Shown here in pieces: positions 1-9,060 of a DNA stretch of 32,602 bases. Source of the stretch: Longimicrobiaceae bacterium. GTDB lineage: Bacteria > Gemmatimonadota > Gemmatimonadetes > Longimicrobiales > Longimicrobiaceae. Made by a program: the position numbers and the translations under genes. The notes under the pieces are model-generated. The model saw only the letters and a list, made by a program, of their open reading frames with translations, did no database searches and was not told the DNA's origin. The stretch is from assembly GCA_036259415.1 (NCBI GenBank), contig DATABU010000225.1, positions 1-32,602 on the forward strand. The letters run 5' to 3'. Each line of letters starts with the position of its first letter. Position 1 is the first letter of the stretch.

Positions 1-27
1 CCGCCATCCCGCGATGCGGGGCGGCGG
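1..27 (-). terminator. Candidate stem-loop 3' of the LysM-Wzi gene, truncated by the window edge
   Basis: CCGCC-at-CCCGC-gat-GCGGG-gc-GGCGG gives 5 bp + 5 bp stems around a small internal loop and a 3-nt loop. It lies about 25 nt downstream of the minus-strand stop at 52-54. Any trailing U-tract would be outside the window. Confidence 0.2.
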
Positions 28-51
28 GCTCGCTCGTGCCGGCGGACCGTC

Positions 52-2067
52 CTAGCGGGGAGCGGGGATGACCAGCTCCTGGCCGGCGCGGACGGCGTCG
101 CCGGCCAGGCGGTTGGCTGCCCGGAGCTCCTCCACGCGGACGCCGTACCGGCGCGCGATCCCGTAGAGGGTCTCCCCGGGCTGCACCCGGTGCGTGCGCG
201 GAGGGGCGGCCGTCACGGGCGGCACGGGCGGGGTCGACGGGCGGAGCGTGTCGGCCGGGAGCGGCGGCACCGCGACGACGCTGTCGGGACGCGCCGCCCG
301 GAACGGGACCGGCGCCACGGCGGAGTCCGCCGGCATCGGCACGGCCCGACCGGTGTACGGAGGCGGAGGCGGCGCCTCGGGGACCACCACCGGGCGCCGG
401 CGCGGCACCGCGGGCGTGACGGTCAGGCGGAGCGTATGGTTGCGGACGTCGACTCCGTCTTCCGCGGTCTCCCAGCTGTGCCCGGCGTTCTGGTACAGGT
501 AGTTGTAGCGCTTGGTGGTGGCCAGCTCCGCGTCCACCTGGAAGGCAGGGAGTCGCAGCCCCGCGCGCACTCCGCCGGAGAGCGAGACGTCGTGGGCCAG
601 CCACGCCCAGGGGTAGATGGTCGCCCTGGGCGTGGTGAGAAAGGCGTCGTTGTCCCACCGGACCCGGCCCACGAACACGCCCAGCCGCCCCCCGGCGCGG
701 AGCCAGTCGGCCGCGGCCCACTGGCTGGACGCGCCGGGGCCGATGGCGGCTCCGATCACCTGCCCCCGGTGCGTGTACCCCTGCGGCACGACGGTGCTGG
801 TGTAGAACGAGCCGACCGGGCGGACGCGGAACGAGGCGCTCTGCTCCAGCGAGGTCACCTCGGTCTGCAGCCGGAGCAGGTCGTCCGGGCCCACGCCGAC
901 ACGCGTCGCCCACTGCAGGCCGAGCGTGTAGCCCTGCGAGTGGTTGGGATAGTCGAGAAAGTCGCCGAAGCTCTCGGGCATCTCGTGCCGGGCCCACTCG
1001 GCGTAGACCTCCAGCCCCTCGCGGGGGAAGATCCACCGGCCGAAGAGCGAGAGGAGCTGGGTGGCGCGCGCGTCCGACGAGTCGGGCGAGGCGGACGGCC
1101 AACGCAGGAGCACGTCCGCGCCGCGCGGGAACACGGAGCCGACGCCGTCCACCGCCGACTGCACCGTGCGCGAGATCCCGAGCGTGAGGTCCGGCTCGGC
1201 CGCCGGGCTGAACGTGGCGACGAGCCCGCTCAGCGAGCGGACCCCGTCCGCAGAGCCGTCCCGGAACTGCTCCGACTCGCCCAGCGCACCCAGGATCAGC
1301 TTCGCCTCCACGGCCCCCGCGCGGGTCCGCCAGGGGGAGGCGGTCCGCAGGAACAGGTGGGGAAAGCCGGGGGCGTTGCTGCTCATCACGATGGCGTTCC
1401 GGATCCCCGGCCCCCACCACTGGTTCTCCGTGGAGACGCCGGCGTCCACGCGGCCCAGGTGGACCCCGAGCGTGCTCTGGCCCGGGTGGACCGCCCAGAT
1501 CGGCTCGTCGCCGAAGCGGAGCGGGAGGTCGGCCGGCGACGGATTTGGGTACCAGTCGGGTGCCCTGTACCACGGCGGGGTGAAGCTGTCCTGCTCCATC
1601 TGCACGGGCAGGAGCGGTCCGAAGTTCCGGTTCTGCGCCATTCCCACCTGCGGCGCGGCGACCGCGAAGACGCGCCCGTACTCCACGCGCACTCCCGCGA
1701 GCGCCCAGACGCTGACGCCCTTCCCGGCCCACGCCGGCCCGTCGTTCTGCGACCAGGGGAGGGCCGAGTTCCATGACAGGGAGAGCTCGGGCGCGACCAG
1801 CGCCCACCGCAGGGGGCCGCGGCCGCCCCGGAGCGGGGCGGCCGTGGAGGAGGGGGAGCGGAGCAGCCAGCCGTCCGCGGGGGCCCGCCCCAGGAGCTGG
1901 TCCACGCGCGCGCGGTCGTCCGCGTCGCTGCCGAGGGTGGACAGCCGGGTGAGGCCGCCCGGCTGCACGTCGAGTGTGTCCTGTGCCTGCCCGGAGCCGG
2001 GCGCCGCGGCCACGGCCAGGGCGACGGCGAGTGCCGCGCGCCGGACGAACGATTGCAGAGCGAGCAT
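52..2067 (-). CDS. Wzi-family capsule-assembly outer-membrane protein with a Pro-rich linker and a C-terminal LysM domain
   Basis: ATG start. N-terminal signal peptide (MLALQSFVRRAALAVALAVAAAPGSGQAQ). Long blocks are shared with the neighbouring Wzi-like ORF (NDGPAWAGKG, GQSTLG...STENQWWGPG...NAPGFPH, SGLVATFSP, GSFY...GYTHRGQVIG). Pro-rich segment (EAPPPPPY...PPVPPVTAAPP), then LysM-like HRVQPGETLYGIARRYGVRVEELRAANRL...GQELVIP. Confidence 0.8.
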   Translation of the reverse strand: MLALQSFVRRAALAVALAVAAAPGSGQAQDTLDVQPGGLTRLSTLGSDADDRARVDQLLGRAPADGWLLRSPSSTAAPLRGGRGPLRWALVAPELSLSWNSALPWSQNDGPAWAGKGVSVWALAGVRVEYGRVFAVAAPQVGMAQNRNFGPLLPVQMEQDSFTPPWYRAPDWYPNPSPADLPLRFGDEPIWAVHPGQSTLGVHLGRVDAGVSTENQWWGPGIRNAIVMSSNAPGFPHLFLRTASPWRTRAGAVEAKLILGALGESEQFRDGSADGVRSLSGLVATFSPAAEPDLTLGISRTVQSAVDGVGSVFPRGADVLLRWPSASPDSSDARATQLLSLFGRWIFPREGLEVYAEWARHEMPESFGDFLDYPNHSQGYTLGLQWATRVGVGPDDLLRLQTEVTSLEQSASFRVRPVGSFYTSTVVPQGYTHRGQVIGAAIGPGASSQWAAADWLRAGGRLGVFVGRVRWDNDAFLTTPRATIYPWAWLAHDVSLSGGVRAGLRLPAFQVDAELATTKRYNYLYQNAGHSWETAEDGVDVRNHTLRLTVTPAVPRRRPVVVPEAPPPPPYTGRAVPMPADSAVAPVPFRAARPDSVVAVPPLPADTLRPSTPPVPPVTAAPPRTHRVQPGETLYGIARRYGVRVEELRAANRLAGDAVRAGQELVIPAPR

Positions 2068-2210
2068 CGGGATGGAGAGTGGATCGGTTCCGCGGCGCGG
2101 TTCGTGGACTAGACAGAGGCGAGGCAGAATAACATATTTGCACGCTTCAGTCTACACGCCGCCGCCGCCGGCGGCGGCCGTCTTGCCCCGGCCTCAGCAC
2201 GGCGATCACG
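2068..2210. promoter_or_regulatory. Divergent intergenic region with an AT-rich island; probable bidirectional promoter area
   Basis: 143 bp lie between divergently oriented start codons. 2126-2156 (agaataacatatttgcacgcttcagtctaca) is far more AT-rich than anything around it. cATATTTG at 2133-2140 matches 7 of 8 positions of the TAnnTTTG -7 element used by Bacteroidota-type sigma factors. Confidence 0.35.
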
Positions 2211-3851
2211 TTGAGCCTTTCGTCCCGCCGCACACGTCTGCTCACCTGCGTCGTGGGGGCGCTCGCCCTGGCGCCGGGCGCTTCGCTCGGCGCGCAGGTC
2301 CGGCCCACCGATCCCAGGAACGAGACGTTCGTCGGGAGCGAACTGGAGGACTACCTCCGCCTGCTCCAGGTCACCGGCGACGCGGGCCTGTATCCCTGGT
2401 CCGTCCGGTCGTTCTCGCCCGGAGAGGTGGAACGGCTCCTCGCCCCGGAGTCCGTGCACCCGTGGGGCGGGCGCTTCGCGGTCCCGTCCGGGCCGGGGTC
2501 GGGCCTGCGGGCGGGGCTGGTGCGCCCCCGGGTCGGGGTCGAGTACAACACGGCCTTCCCCTACGGCGCCAACGACGGGGCGGTCTGGTCGGGGCGCGGC
2601 GCCACGGTGTCGCTGCAGGCCGGCTTCTCCGCGGTCCTGGGCCCCCTGTCGGTCACCGTCGCCCCGGTCGCCTTCTGGGCGGAGAACCGGGAGTTCGACC
2701 TGCAGGCCAACGGCTACGAGGGCCGGCTCGCGTTCGCCGACGCCCGGTGGCCGGACCTGGTGGACTCGCCGCAGCGGTTCGGCGACGGCACCTACGCCCG
2801 CATCGACCCCGGCCAGAGCACGGTCCGCGCGGACCTCGGCCCGGTCGCGCTGGGCGTCTCCTCCGCGAACCAGCAGTGGGGCCCGGCGCGGTACAACCCC
2901 GTGATCCTGGGCGGCAACGCACCCGGGTTCGTCCACGCCTTCGCCGGCACCTCGCGGCCGGTGGACCTGTGGGTCGGGAAGGTGCACGGGCGGCTGGTCT
3001 GGGGGCGGCTGGAGCAGTCCGAGTACTCCGGGATGCCGAGCGATTCCAGCCGCCGCCTGATGTCCGGCCTGGTGGCGACGTTCACCCCGCGCGGCCTCCC
3101 GGGGCTGGAGGTGGGCCTGACGCGCTTCTTCCATGCTCCCTGGACGGCGGACGGCGTGGACCGCGCCGACCTGCTCCTTCCGCTGCAGGGCTTCCTCAAG
3201 GTGGGGCTCGACGACCGGGACGACAACGAGGACGCGGAGGTCCGCAACCAGCTCGCCTCGCTCTTCTTCCGCGCGGTTCTCCCGGGGAGCGGCTTCGAAG
3301 TGTACGGCGAGTACGGCAGGGACGACCACAACTGGGACTTCCGCGACTTCGTGCTCGAGCCCGACCACCAGAGCGCCTACACCCTCGGCCTGAGCAAGGT
3401 CTGGGAGCGGTCCGGGACCGAGCGGGTGGCGGTCCACGGCGAGGTCACGAACTCGCAGGTGACCCATCTCTCGCGGGTTCGCCCCGAGGGGAGCTTCTAC
3501 TACCACACCGGTCTCCGGCAGGGACACACCCACCGCGGGCAGTTCCTGGGCTCGCCGGCGATCTACGGGGGCGCCGGATCGACGCTCGCGGCCGAGTACT
3601 ATCAGCCGGGCGGCCGCTGGAGCATCTCCTGGGACCGGGCCCTCCGCCAGGACGACGCTCCGATCATGTGGGGGTACGGCTCCAGCTCCCAGGGGGTCGA
3701 CTCGTACCACACCCTGAGGGCGGAAGTGCTCCGCTTCGTCGGGCGGTGGGAGCTTGCGGGGGAACTCGCAGGTGTATACAATCGGAGACGTTACTTCGAT
3801 TCAAATGTTTTCAACCTCAACGCCGGGCTGTCGGTCAGCAGCTCGTTCTAG
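2211..3851 (+). CDS. Wzi-family capsule-assembly outer-membrane protein (paralogue of 52-2067, no LysM)
   Basis: TTG start followed by a signal peptide (RRTRLLTCVVGALALAPGASLGAQ). Motifs shared with the minus-strand ORF: NDGAVWSGRG, GQSTV...SSANQQWGPA...NAPGFVH, SGLVATFTP, GSFYYH...GHTHRGQFLG. High GC3 coding frame. Confidence 0.85.
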   Translation: MSLSSRRTRLLTCVVGALALAPGASLGAQVRPTDPRNETFVGSELEDYLRLLQVTGDAGLYPWSVRSFSPGEVERLLAPESVHPWGGRFAVPSGPGSGLRAGLVRPRVGVEYNTAFPYGANDGAVWSGRGATVSLQAGFSAVLGPLSVTVAPVAFWAENREFDLQANGYEGRLAFADARWPDLVDSPQRFGDGTYARIDPGQSTVRADLGPVALGVSSANQQWGPARYNPVILGGNAPGFVHAFAGTSRPVDLWVGKVHGRLVWGRLEQSEYSGMPSDSSRRLMSGLVATFTPRGLPGLEVGLTRFFHAPWTADGVDRADLLLPLQGFLKVGLDDRDDNEDAEVRNQLASLFFRAVLPGSGFEVYGEYGRDDHNWDFRDFVLEPDHQSAYTLGLSKVWERSGTERVAVHGEVTNSQVTHLSRVRPEGSFYYHTGLRQGHTHRGQFLGSPAIYGGAGSTLAAEYYQPGGRWSISWDRALRQDDAPIMWGYGSSSQGVDSYHTLRAEVLRFVGRWELAGELAGVYNRRRYFDSNVFNLNAGLSVSSSF

Positions 3852-3916
3852 GCGGGACGGTGCGGCCTTTCCCCGCCCGGCCGGCGCGAACCCTGGTCAC
3901 GAAAGAAGTGCCGAAT

Positions 3917-5569
3917 ATGCGGTTTCCCGGTGAGCTGCGCGGGGCGTTCACGTCCGGCGTGGCGGCTTTCTCGTTTCTGTGCACCATGGCGGTCGGAGCG
4001 GCGGGGGCGCAGGGAGGCGGCGTGGCCGGCGTCGACACCACGTCCGCGGAGTGGCGGCGCGCGTTCCCGAACGGCCAGGGGGAGAATCGGGCGCAGTACG
4101 CCGACACCCCCGTGATGCCGTCGATCCTGGACGCGCCGGTGAGCCGCACGGAGTACCAGCTGGGGCCCGGGGACGTCCTCGGCATCTCCGTGGTGGGGGC
4201 GGTGAGCCGCATGATGACGGTGCCGGTCACCCCGGAGGGGACCCTGGTGGTGCCTGGGTTCGGGGTGACCCGGGTCCTGGGCCGGAACCTGAACCAGGCC
4301 GAGTCGCAGGTCCGCGAGCTGGTGTCGCGGCTCTACCGCGACGTCAGCGTCAGCGTGACGCTGGCGCAGGTTCGCACCTTCAAGGTGTTCGTGGTGGGGG
4401 ACGTGCCCCAGCCGGGGGTGCGGGTCGCCACCTCGGCGACGCGCGTGAGCGAGGTGCTCCCCGAGGAGGGCGGACACCGCGTGCCCCGACGCAACGTGCT
4501 GCTCCGGCGCTCCTCGGGCGACACCGTCATGGTCGACCTGCTGCGCTTCCGCCAGCTGGGCGAGCTCGCGTCGAACCCCACGCTCCGCGAAGGTGACGCG
4601 CTGGTGGTGCCGACCGTCGACCAGACGGTGGAGGTCCGCGGCCGGGTGTCCTTCCCGGGGACGTACGAGTACCGTCCGGGCGAATCGCTCGCGGAGCTGG
4701 TGCGCATCGCCAACGGCGGCGGGGACTTCCCCGCCAGCTCGGCCGACACGGTCCGGGTCACCCGCTTCGTGGACGCCCAGCGGCGGGAGTTCCACACCTT
4801 CTCGCGCGCGGAGGTGGTGGGGGAGCCGGGCCGGCGCTTCATCCTGCGTCCCTTCGACGCCGTGTACGTGGCCTGGCAGGCGAACTACAAGGAGCAGAAG
4901 ACCGCCACCGTCCTCGGGCAGGTGGACCGGCCGGGGGTGTACCCGGTCGTCCCGGGGGAGACCACGGTGCGCGAGCTGGTGGACATGGCGGGCGGGTTCA
5001 CCCCGGACGCCTCGCTGCTGGAAGCGACGCTGCGCAGGTCGCGCTCGCAGAACGCCGCCCGGATCGACCTGGCGAGGGTGCCCTCCGAGCTGCTGAACCG
5101 GACCGAGCAGCAGATCATGCAGATCCGCACGCAGGGCGACGAGAGCCGCGTGGTGATCGACTTCCCGCGGCTGTTCGTGGAAGGCGCCGACGCGTACAAC
5201 CAGACGCTCCAGGACGGGGACACGCTCTCGGTGCCGCGCCGCCGCAGCGAGGTGGTGGTGCTAGGGGCGGTGCTGCAGCCGGGGGTGGTGCAGCACGCCT
5301 CCGCGAAGGACGCGGACTACTACATCCGCCTGGCGGGCGGGTACGGCCGCCGGGCGGACCGCGACGACATCCTCGTGCTGCGGGGGAGCTGGGGCACCCG
5401 CCTCACCGCCCGGGAGGCGCGTACGATCCACCCCGGCGACATGGTCATCGTGCCCTTCCGGGAGCGGCGCAACTACCTGGCGACGCTGCAGACGGCCAGC
5501 GCCGCAATCACCACGGTGGTGGGGCTGGTGTTCACCTTCCGGGCGCTCTTCCCCGACGACAACCCGTAG
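3917..5569 (+). CDS. Polysaccharide export protein (Wza/Poly_export N-domain plus repeated SLBB-like domains)
   Basis: True start taken as ATG 3917 (MRFPGELRG...hydrophobic leader) inside the artefactual 1061-5569 ORF. Poly_export-like YQLGPGDVLGISVVG...VTPEGTLVVPGFG. Repeated SLBB-like (L/I)xxGDx(L/V)xVP motifs (REGDALVVP, LQDGDTLSVP, IHPGDMVIVP). Hydrophobic C-terminal helix (AAITTVVGLVFTF). Confidence 0.85.
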   Translation: MRFPGELRGAFTSGVAAFSFLCTMAVGAAGAQGGGVAGVDTTSAEWRRAFPNGQGENRAQYADTPVMPSILDAPVSRTEYQLGPGDVLGISVVGAVSRMMTVPVTPEGTLVVPGFGVTRVLGRNLNQAESQVRELVSRLYRDVSVSVTLAQVRTFKVFVVGDVPQPGVRVATSATRVSEVLPEEGGHRVPRRNVLLRRSSGDTVMVDLLRFRQLGELASNPTLREGDALVVPTVDQTVEVRGRVSFPGTYEYRPGESLAELVRIANGGGDFPASSADTVRVTRFVDAQRREFHTFSRAEVVGEPGRRFILRPFDAVYVAWQANYKEQKTATVLGQVDRPGVYPVVPGETTVRELVDMAGGFTPDASLLEATLRRSRSQNAARIDLARVPSELLNRTEQQIMQIRTQGDESRVVIDFPRLFVEGADAYNQTLQDGDTLSVPRRRSEVVVLGAVLQPGVVQHASAKDADYYIRLAGGYGRRADRDDILVLRGSWGTRLTAREARTIHPGDMVIVPFRERRNYLATLQTASAAITTVVGLVFTFRALFPDDNP

Positions 5570-5602
5570 CCGCGGTGCGCCGCCAGCTTCAGAAGGAACA
5601 GA

Positions 5603-6856
5603 GTGATCGCCATGCGTGAGCGAGAAGCGGGGTCCGAGCCCCTGGAGGGCATCCACATCCTGGGCCTGGTCGCCGTGCTGCTGCGACAGTGGCGGACGGT
5701 GGCCGCGACGGTCCTGGTGGTGGTGGCGGCGGCGCTGGCGGTCTTCCTGCTGCAGCCGAAGCGCTATGCGGCGAAGACCGTGCTCTTCCTCGCCCAGGAC
5801 CGCACCCAGGGGGGCGGCGCCGGAGCGATGGTCGCCAAGCAGCTCGGCATCACCCTCCCGTCGCTGGCGCTGGGGGGCAGCCCCAACCAGAAGCTGATCG
5901 AGACGATCCTGCACAAGGGGCGCTCGGTGAACGACCTGATCGCCGAGCGGGTGAAGGCGCAGGCGGGCGGCGGGGCAGAGGGCGAGGCCACGGTCCGGGA
6001 GATCCTGGACAAGGGCACCGACGTGGAGAGCGCGCCGGACGGCTCCATCATCGTGCAGGTCACGGCCCGGGACCCCGCACTGGCGGCGAGGATCGCGAAC
6101 GAGTTCCCTGTCGCCATCAACGCCACCGCCGCCCGCGTCGCCGCCGAGTCGTCCGTGGAGAAGCAGCGCTTCCTGGAGCGGCAGCTCGGCGAGGCGCGTA
6201 CGCGGCTGGAGGCGTCGGAGGAGCGGCTGCTGCAGTTCCAGCGCAGCGAGAACGCCCCGGCGATCAAGGAGCAGGCCGAGAAGACGGTGGAGGCCGCGGC
6301 CGCCCTCCAGCAGGAGATCTACCGGCAGGAGGTTAAGGTCGGGGAGCTGCGGCGAATCGCCACGCCGGACCACCCGGAGCTGGTCGCGGCCAGCGCAGTC
6401 CTCGCCGACATGCGCCGGCTGCTCCGCCGCCTGACCTCCTCCGGCCAGAACCAGGGCGAGGTGTTCGTCCCCCTGGGCGGCACCGCGGAGCTGAGGCGCG
6501 ACGTGACCCGGCTCATGCGCGAGTACACCAAGGACGAGCAGGTGTACGTGTCGCTCATGGCCGCCTTCTCCGAGGCGCAGATCGACGCGAACAACAACCT
6601 GCCGGTGGTGACGGTGATCGACCGCGCGCTGGTGCCCAGGTCGCCCGCCGGCGCCGGACTGCCCTTCCGCCTGGTGTTCGCCGCGGTGCTGGGGCTCGCG
6701 CTGGGGGCGGTGGCCGCCTACCTCCGCGACTACCTGCGCAGCTCCCGCGACCACCCGCAGAACGCCGCGTTCTTCGCCGCCTGGGACGAGATCCGGGGCG
6801 GCTTCTCCCGGCGGCGGAACGGCGGCCCCCGCGTGCCCACCGCGGCGGGGCGATGA
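5603..6856 (+). CDS. Wzz/GumC-type polysaccharide co-polymerase (chain-length determinant), no tyrosine-kinase domain
   Basis: GTG 5603 (alternative ATG 5612). N-terminal TM ([32 protein letters not shown]) followed by the Wzz-like [12 protein letters not shown]. Long Glu/Arg/Ala-rich, coiled-coil-like middle. C-terminal TM ([20 protein letters not shown]). No Walker A or Tyr-rich tail. Confidence 0.75.
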   Translation: MIAMREREAGSEPLEGIHILGLVAVLLRQWRTVAATVLVVVAAALAVFLLQPKRYAAKTVLFLAQDRTQGGGAGAMVAKQLGITLPSLALGGSPNQKLIETILHKGRSVNDLIAERVKAQAGGGAEGEATVREILDKGTDVESAPDGSIIVQVTARDPALAARIANEFPVAINATAARVAAESSVEKQRFLERQLGEARTRLEASEERLLQFQRSENAPAIKEQAEKTVEAAAALQQEIYRQEVKVGELRRIATPDHPELVAASAVLADMRRLLRRLTSSGQNQGEVFVPLGGTAELRRDVTRLMREYTKDEQVYVSLMAAFSEAQIDANNNLPVVTVIDRALVPRSPAGAGLPFRLVFAAVLGLALGAVAAYLRDYLRSSRDHPQNAAFFAAWDEIRGGFSRRRNGGPRVPTAAGR

Positions 6857-7962
6857 GCGCGGTGCCGCGGAGCGGGAGCGTGGCCGGCCCGCCGGGCGGG
6901 GAGGTCCGCCGCGTCGAGCGCGTCCGGGAGGAGCTGCGGGCCCGGCCCCGCACCTGGCTCGTCACCGGCGCGGCGGGCTTCATCGGCTCGGCGCTGGTGG
7001 AGGCCCTCCTGGAGCTGGGCCAGTCGGTGGTGGGGATGGACAACTTCGCCACCGGCCACCGCCGCAACCTGGAGGAAGTGCGCGCGGGGGCGGGAGAGTC
7101 CGCCGGGCGGCTCCGCTTCGTCGAGGGCGACATCCGCGACCCCCGCGCCTGCCGGGATGCGTGCGCCGGGGTGGACGTGGTCCTCCACCAGGCCGCCCTC
7201 GGCTCGGTGCCGCGGTCGCTCGCCGACCCCGTGGCCACCAACCAGGTGAACGTGGACGGCTTCCTGAACGTGATCCTCGCCGCGCGCGAGGCCGGGGTGG
7301 GGCGCTTCGTCTACGCCGCGTCCAGCTCCACCTACGGAGACCACCCGGGCCTCCCCAAGACCGAGGGCGTCATCGGGCGGCCGCTCTCGCCGTACGCGGT
7401 CAGCAAGTACGTGAACGAGCTGTACGCCGGCGTCTTCCAGCGCGCATACGGGCTGGAGACCATCGGGCTGCGCTACTTCAACGTCTTCGGCCGGCGGCAG
7501 GACCCGGACGGCGCCTACGCCGCGGTCATCCCCCGCTGGGTGGGGAGCCTGCTGACGGGGCGGGAGTGCCGCATCAACGGCGACGGGGAGACGAGCCGCG
7601 ACTTCTGCTACGTGGACAACGTCGTGCAGGCGAACCTGCTGGCGGCGACCACGGACGACCCGGACGCCACCGACCAGGTCTACAACGTGGCGTGCGGGGA
7701 GCGGACCACGCTGAACGAGCTGTTCGCCGCCATCCGGGACGAGCTGGCGGTCGAGCGGCCGGAGCTGGCCTGCGCCGAGCCCGTCCACGGCGACTTCAGG
7801 GCCGCGGACATCCGGCACTCGCACGCCGACATCTCCAAGATCCGGTCGCGGCTCGGCTACCGCCCCACCCACCGGGTGCGGGAGGGGCTGCGCGAGGCGC
7901 TCGACTGGTACGTGGACTTCTTCTCCCGCGCGGAGCGGGAGGACCTGGCCCGGACGCCGTGA
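6853..7962 (+). CDS. wbpP: UDP-N-acetylglucosamine 4-epimerase (WbpP/TviC-type extended SDR)
   Basis: [12 protein letters not shown] Rossmann motif, [61 protein letters not shown] (YxxxK), [34 protein letters not shown]. These follow my recollection of WbpP along the whole length. The start overlaps the upstream stop (ATGA 6853-6856); GTG 6862 and 6880 are alternative starts. Confidence 0.8.
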   Translation: MSAVPRSGSVAGPPGGEVRRVERVREELRARPRTWLVTGAAGFIGSALVEALLELGQSVVGMDNFATGHRRNLEEVRAGAGESAGRLRFVEGDIRDPRACRDACAGVDVVLHQAALGSVPRSLADPVATNQVNVDGFLNVILAAREAGVGRFVYAASSSTYGDHPGLPKTEGVIGRPLSPYAVSKYVNELYAGVFQRAYGLETIGLRYFNVFGRRQDPDGAYAAVIPRWVGSLLTGRECRINGDGETSRDFCYVDNVVQANLLAATTDDPDATDQVYNVACGERTTLNELFAAIRDELAVERPELACAEPVHGDFRAADIRHSHADISKIRSRLGYRPTHRVREGLREALDWYVDFFSRAEREDLARTP

Positions 7963-8052
7963 GCCGGGCGTCCCGCAGGTATTCTGGACCTCATCCTGTC
8001 GCCGACCGGACCCGGGAGGGTGGCCGGTTCCCGACGCGTGCCTGGGAGTGAA

Positions 8053-9060
8053 ATGCTAGACAACAAGGTCGTTCTCGTCACCGGCGGAACCGGCTCGTTC
8101 GGGCAGCGGTTCATCGAGACGGTGCTGCAGCGGTACGAGCCCAAGAAGCTGATCGTCTTCAGCCGCGACGAGCTGAAGCAGTTCGAGATGCGGCAGCGGT
8201 TCCCCGAGCGGGTCTACGACAACATCCGCTACTTCATCGGGGACGTGCGCGACCGCGACCGCCTGTACCGCGCCTTCGACGGGGTGGACGTGGTCATCCA
8301 CGCCGCGGCGCTGAAGCAGGTGCCGGCTTGCGAGTACAACCCGCTGGAGGCGGTCAAGACCAACGTCCTGGGCGCCGCGAACATCATCGACGCGGCCATC
8401 GACCGGGACGTGAAGCAGGTGATCGCCCTCAGCACCGACAAGGCGTGCAACCCGGTGAACCTGTACGGGGCCACCAAGCTGTGCTCCGACAAGCTGTTCA
8501 CCGCGGCCAACAACTATTCCGGCCCGCACCGCACGCGGTTCAGCGTGGTGCGCTACGGGAACGTGGTGGGGAGCCGGGGGAGCGTGGTCCCCTTCTTCCT
8601 GAAGATGCGCGAGACGGGGGTGCTCCCCGTTACCGACGAGCGCATGACCCGCTTCTGGATCACGCTGGAGCAGGGGGTGGAGTTCGTGCTGCGCAGCCTG
8701 GAGCGGATGCAGGGCGGCGAGATCTTCGTCCCCAAGATTCCCAGCATGAGCATCATGGACCTGGCCCGGGCGGTCGCCCCCGAGTGCGAGACCCGCGTAG
8801 TGGGGATCCGGCCCGGCGAGAAGCTGCACGAGGTGATGGTGGCCGAGGACGACGCCCGCCACACGCTGGAGTACGAGGACTACTTCGCCATCCTCCCCTC
8901 CTTCGACGAGTGGGACCCGGTGGCGTACGGACGGCGCAACGGCGGGACGCACTGCCCGGAGGGGTTCCGCTACAGCAGCGAGACGAACACGCAGTGGCTC
9001 TCCGAGGCGCAGCTCCGGGAGATGATCGGGCTCGACGAGGCGCTCGTCGGTGTCGAGTAG
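8053..9060 (+). CDS. pseB: UDP-N-acetylglucosamine 4,6-dehydratase (inverting), PseB
   Basis: MLDNKVVLVTGGTGSFGQRF..., STDKACNPVNLYGATKLCSDKLF (YxxxK), RYGNVVGSRGSVVPFF, GEIFVPKIPS, PGEKLHE. Typical PseB/FlaA1/CapD short form. ATG 8053 is preceded by GGGAG; the track's GTG 8020 is a possible but less likely start. Confidence 0.88.
   Translation: MLDNKVVLVTGGTGSFGQRFIETVLQRYEPKKLIVFSRDELKQFEMRQRFPERVYDNIRYFIGDVRDRDRLYRAFDGVDVVIHAAALKQVPACEYNPLEAVKTNVLGAANIIDAAIDRDVKQVIALSTDKACNPVNLYGATKLCSDKLFTAANNYSGPHRTRFSVVRYGNVVGSRGSVVPFFLKMRETGVLPVTDERMTRFWITLEQGVEFVLRSLERMQGGEIFVPKIPSMSIMDLARAVAPECETRVVGIRPGEKLHEVMVAEDDARHTLEYEDYFAILPSFDEWDPVAYGRRNGGTHCPEGFRYSSETNTQWLSEAQLREMIGLDEALVGVE

Noticed and set aside
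190-1776. 528-aa plus-strand ORF opposite the LysM-Wzi gene
   Set aside because: It has Arg/Gly/Pro-rich nonsense composition. The minus-strand frame carries a signal peptide, Wzi-family blocks shared with an independent paralogue, and a LysM domain.
3852-3916. Possible riboswitch or ncRNA in the intergenic gaps (3852-3916, 7963-8052, 29451-29529)
   Set aside because: The gaps are only 65-90 nt. They show no recognisable conserved riboswitch cores and are more simply explained as ribosome-loading spacers within an operon. This cannot be excluded without covariance-model searches.
1061-5569. 1502-aa ORF, the longest in the track
   Set aside because: Only the last 550 codons (from ATG 3917) look like a real protein, a Wza-like exporter. 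The upstream part runs antisense to the LysM-Wzi gene and out of frame through the second Wzi gene. It is Arg/Pro/Ser/Ala-rich low-complexity sequence, the usual stop-depleted shadow in high-GC DNA.
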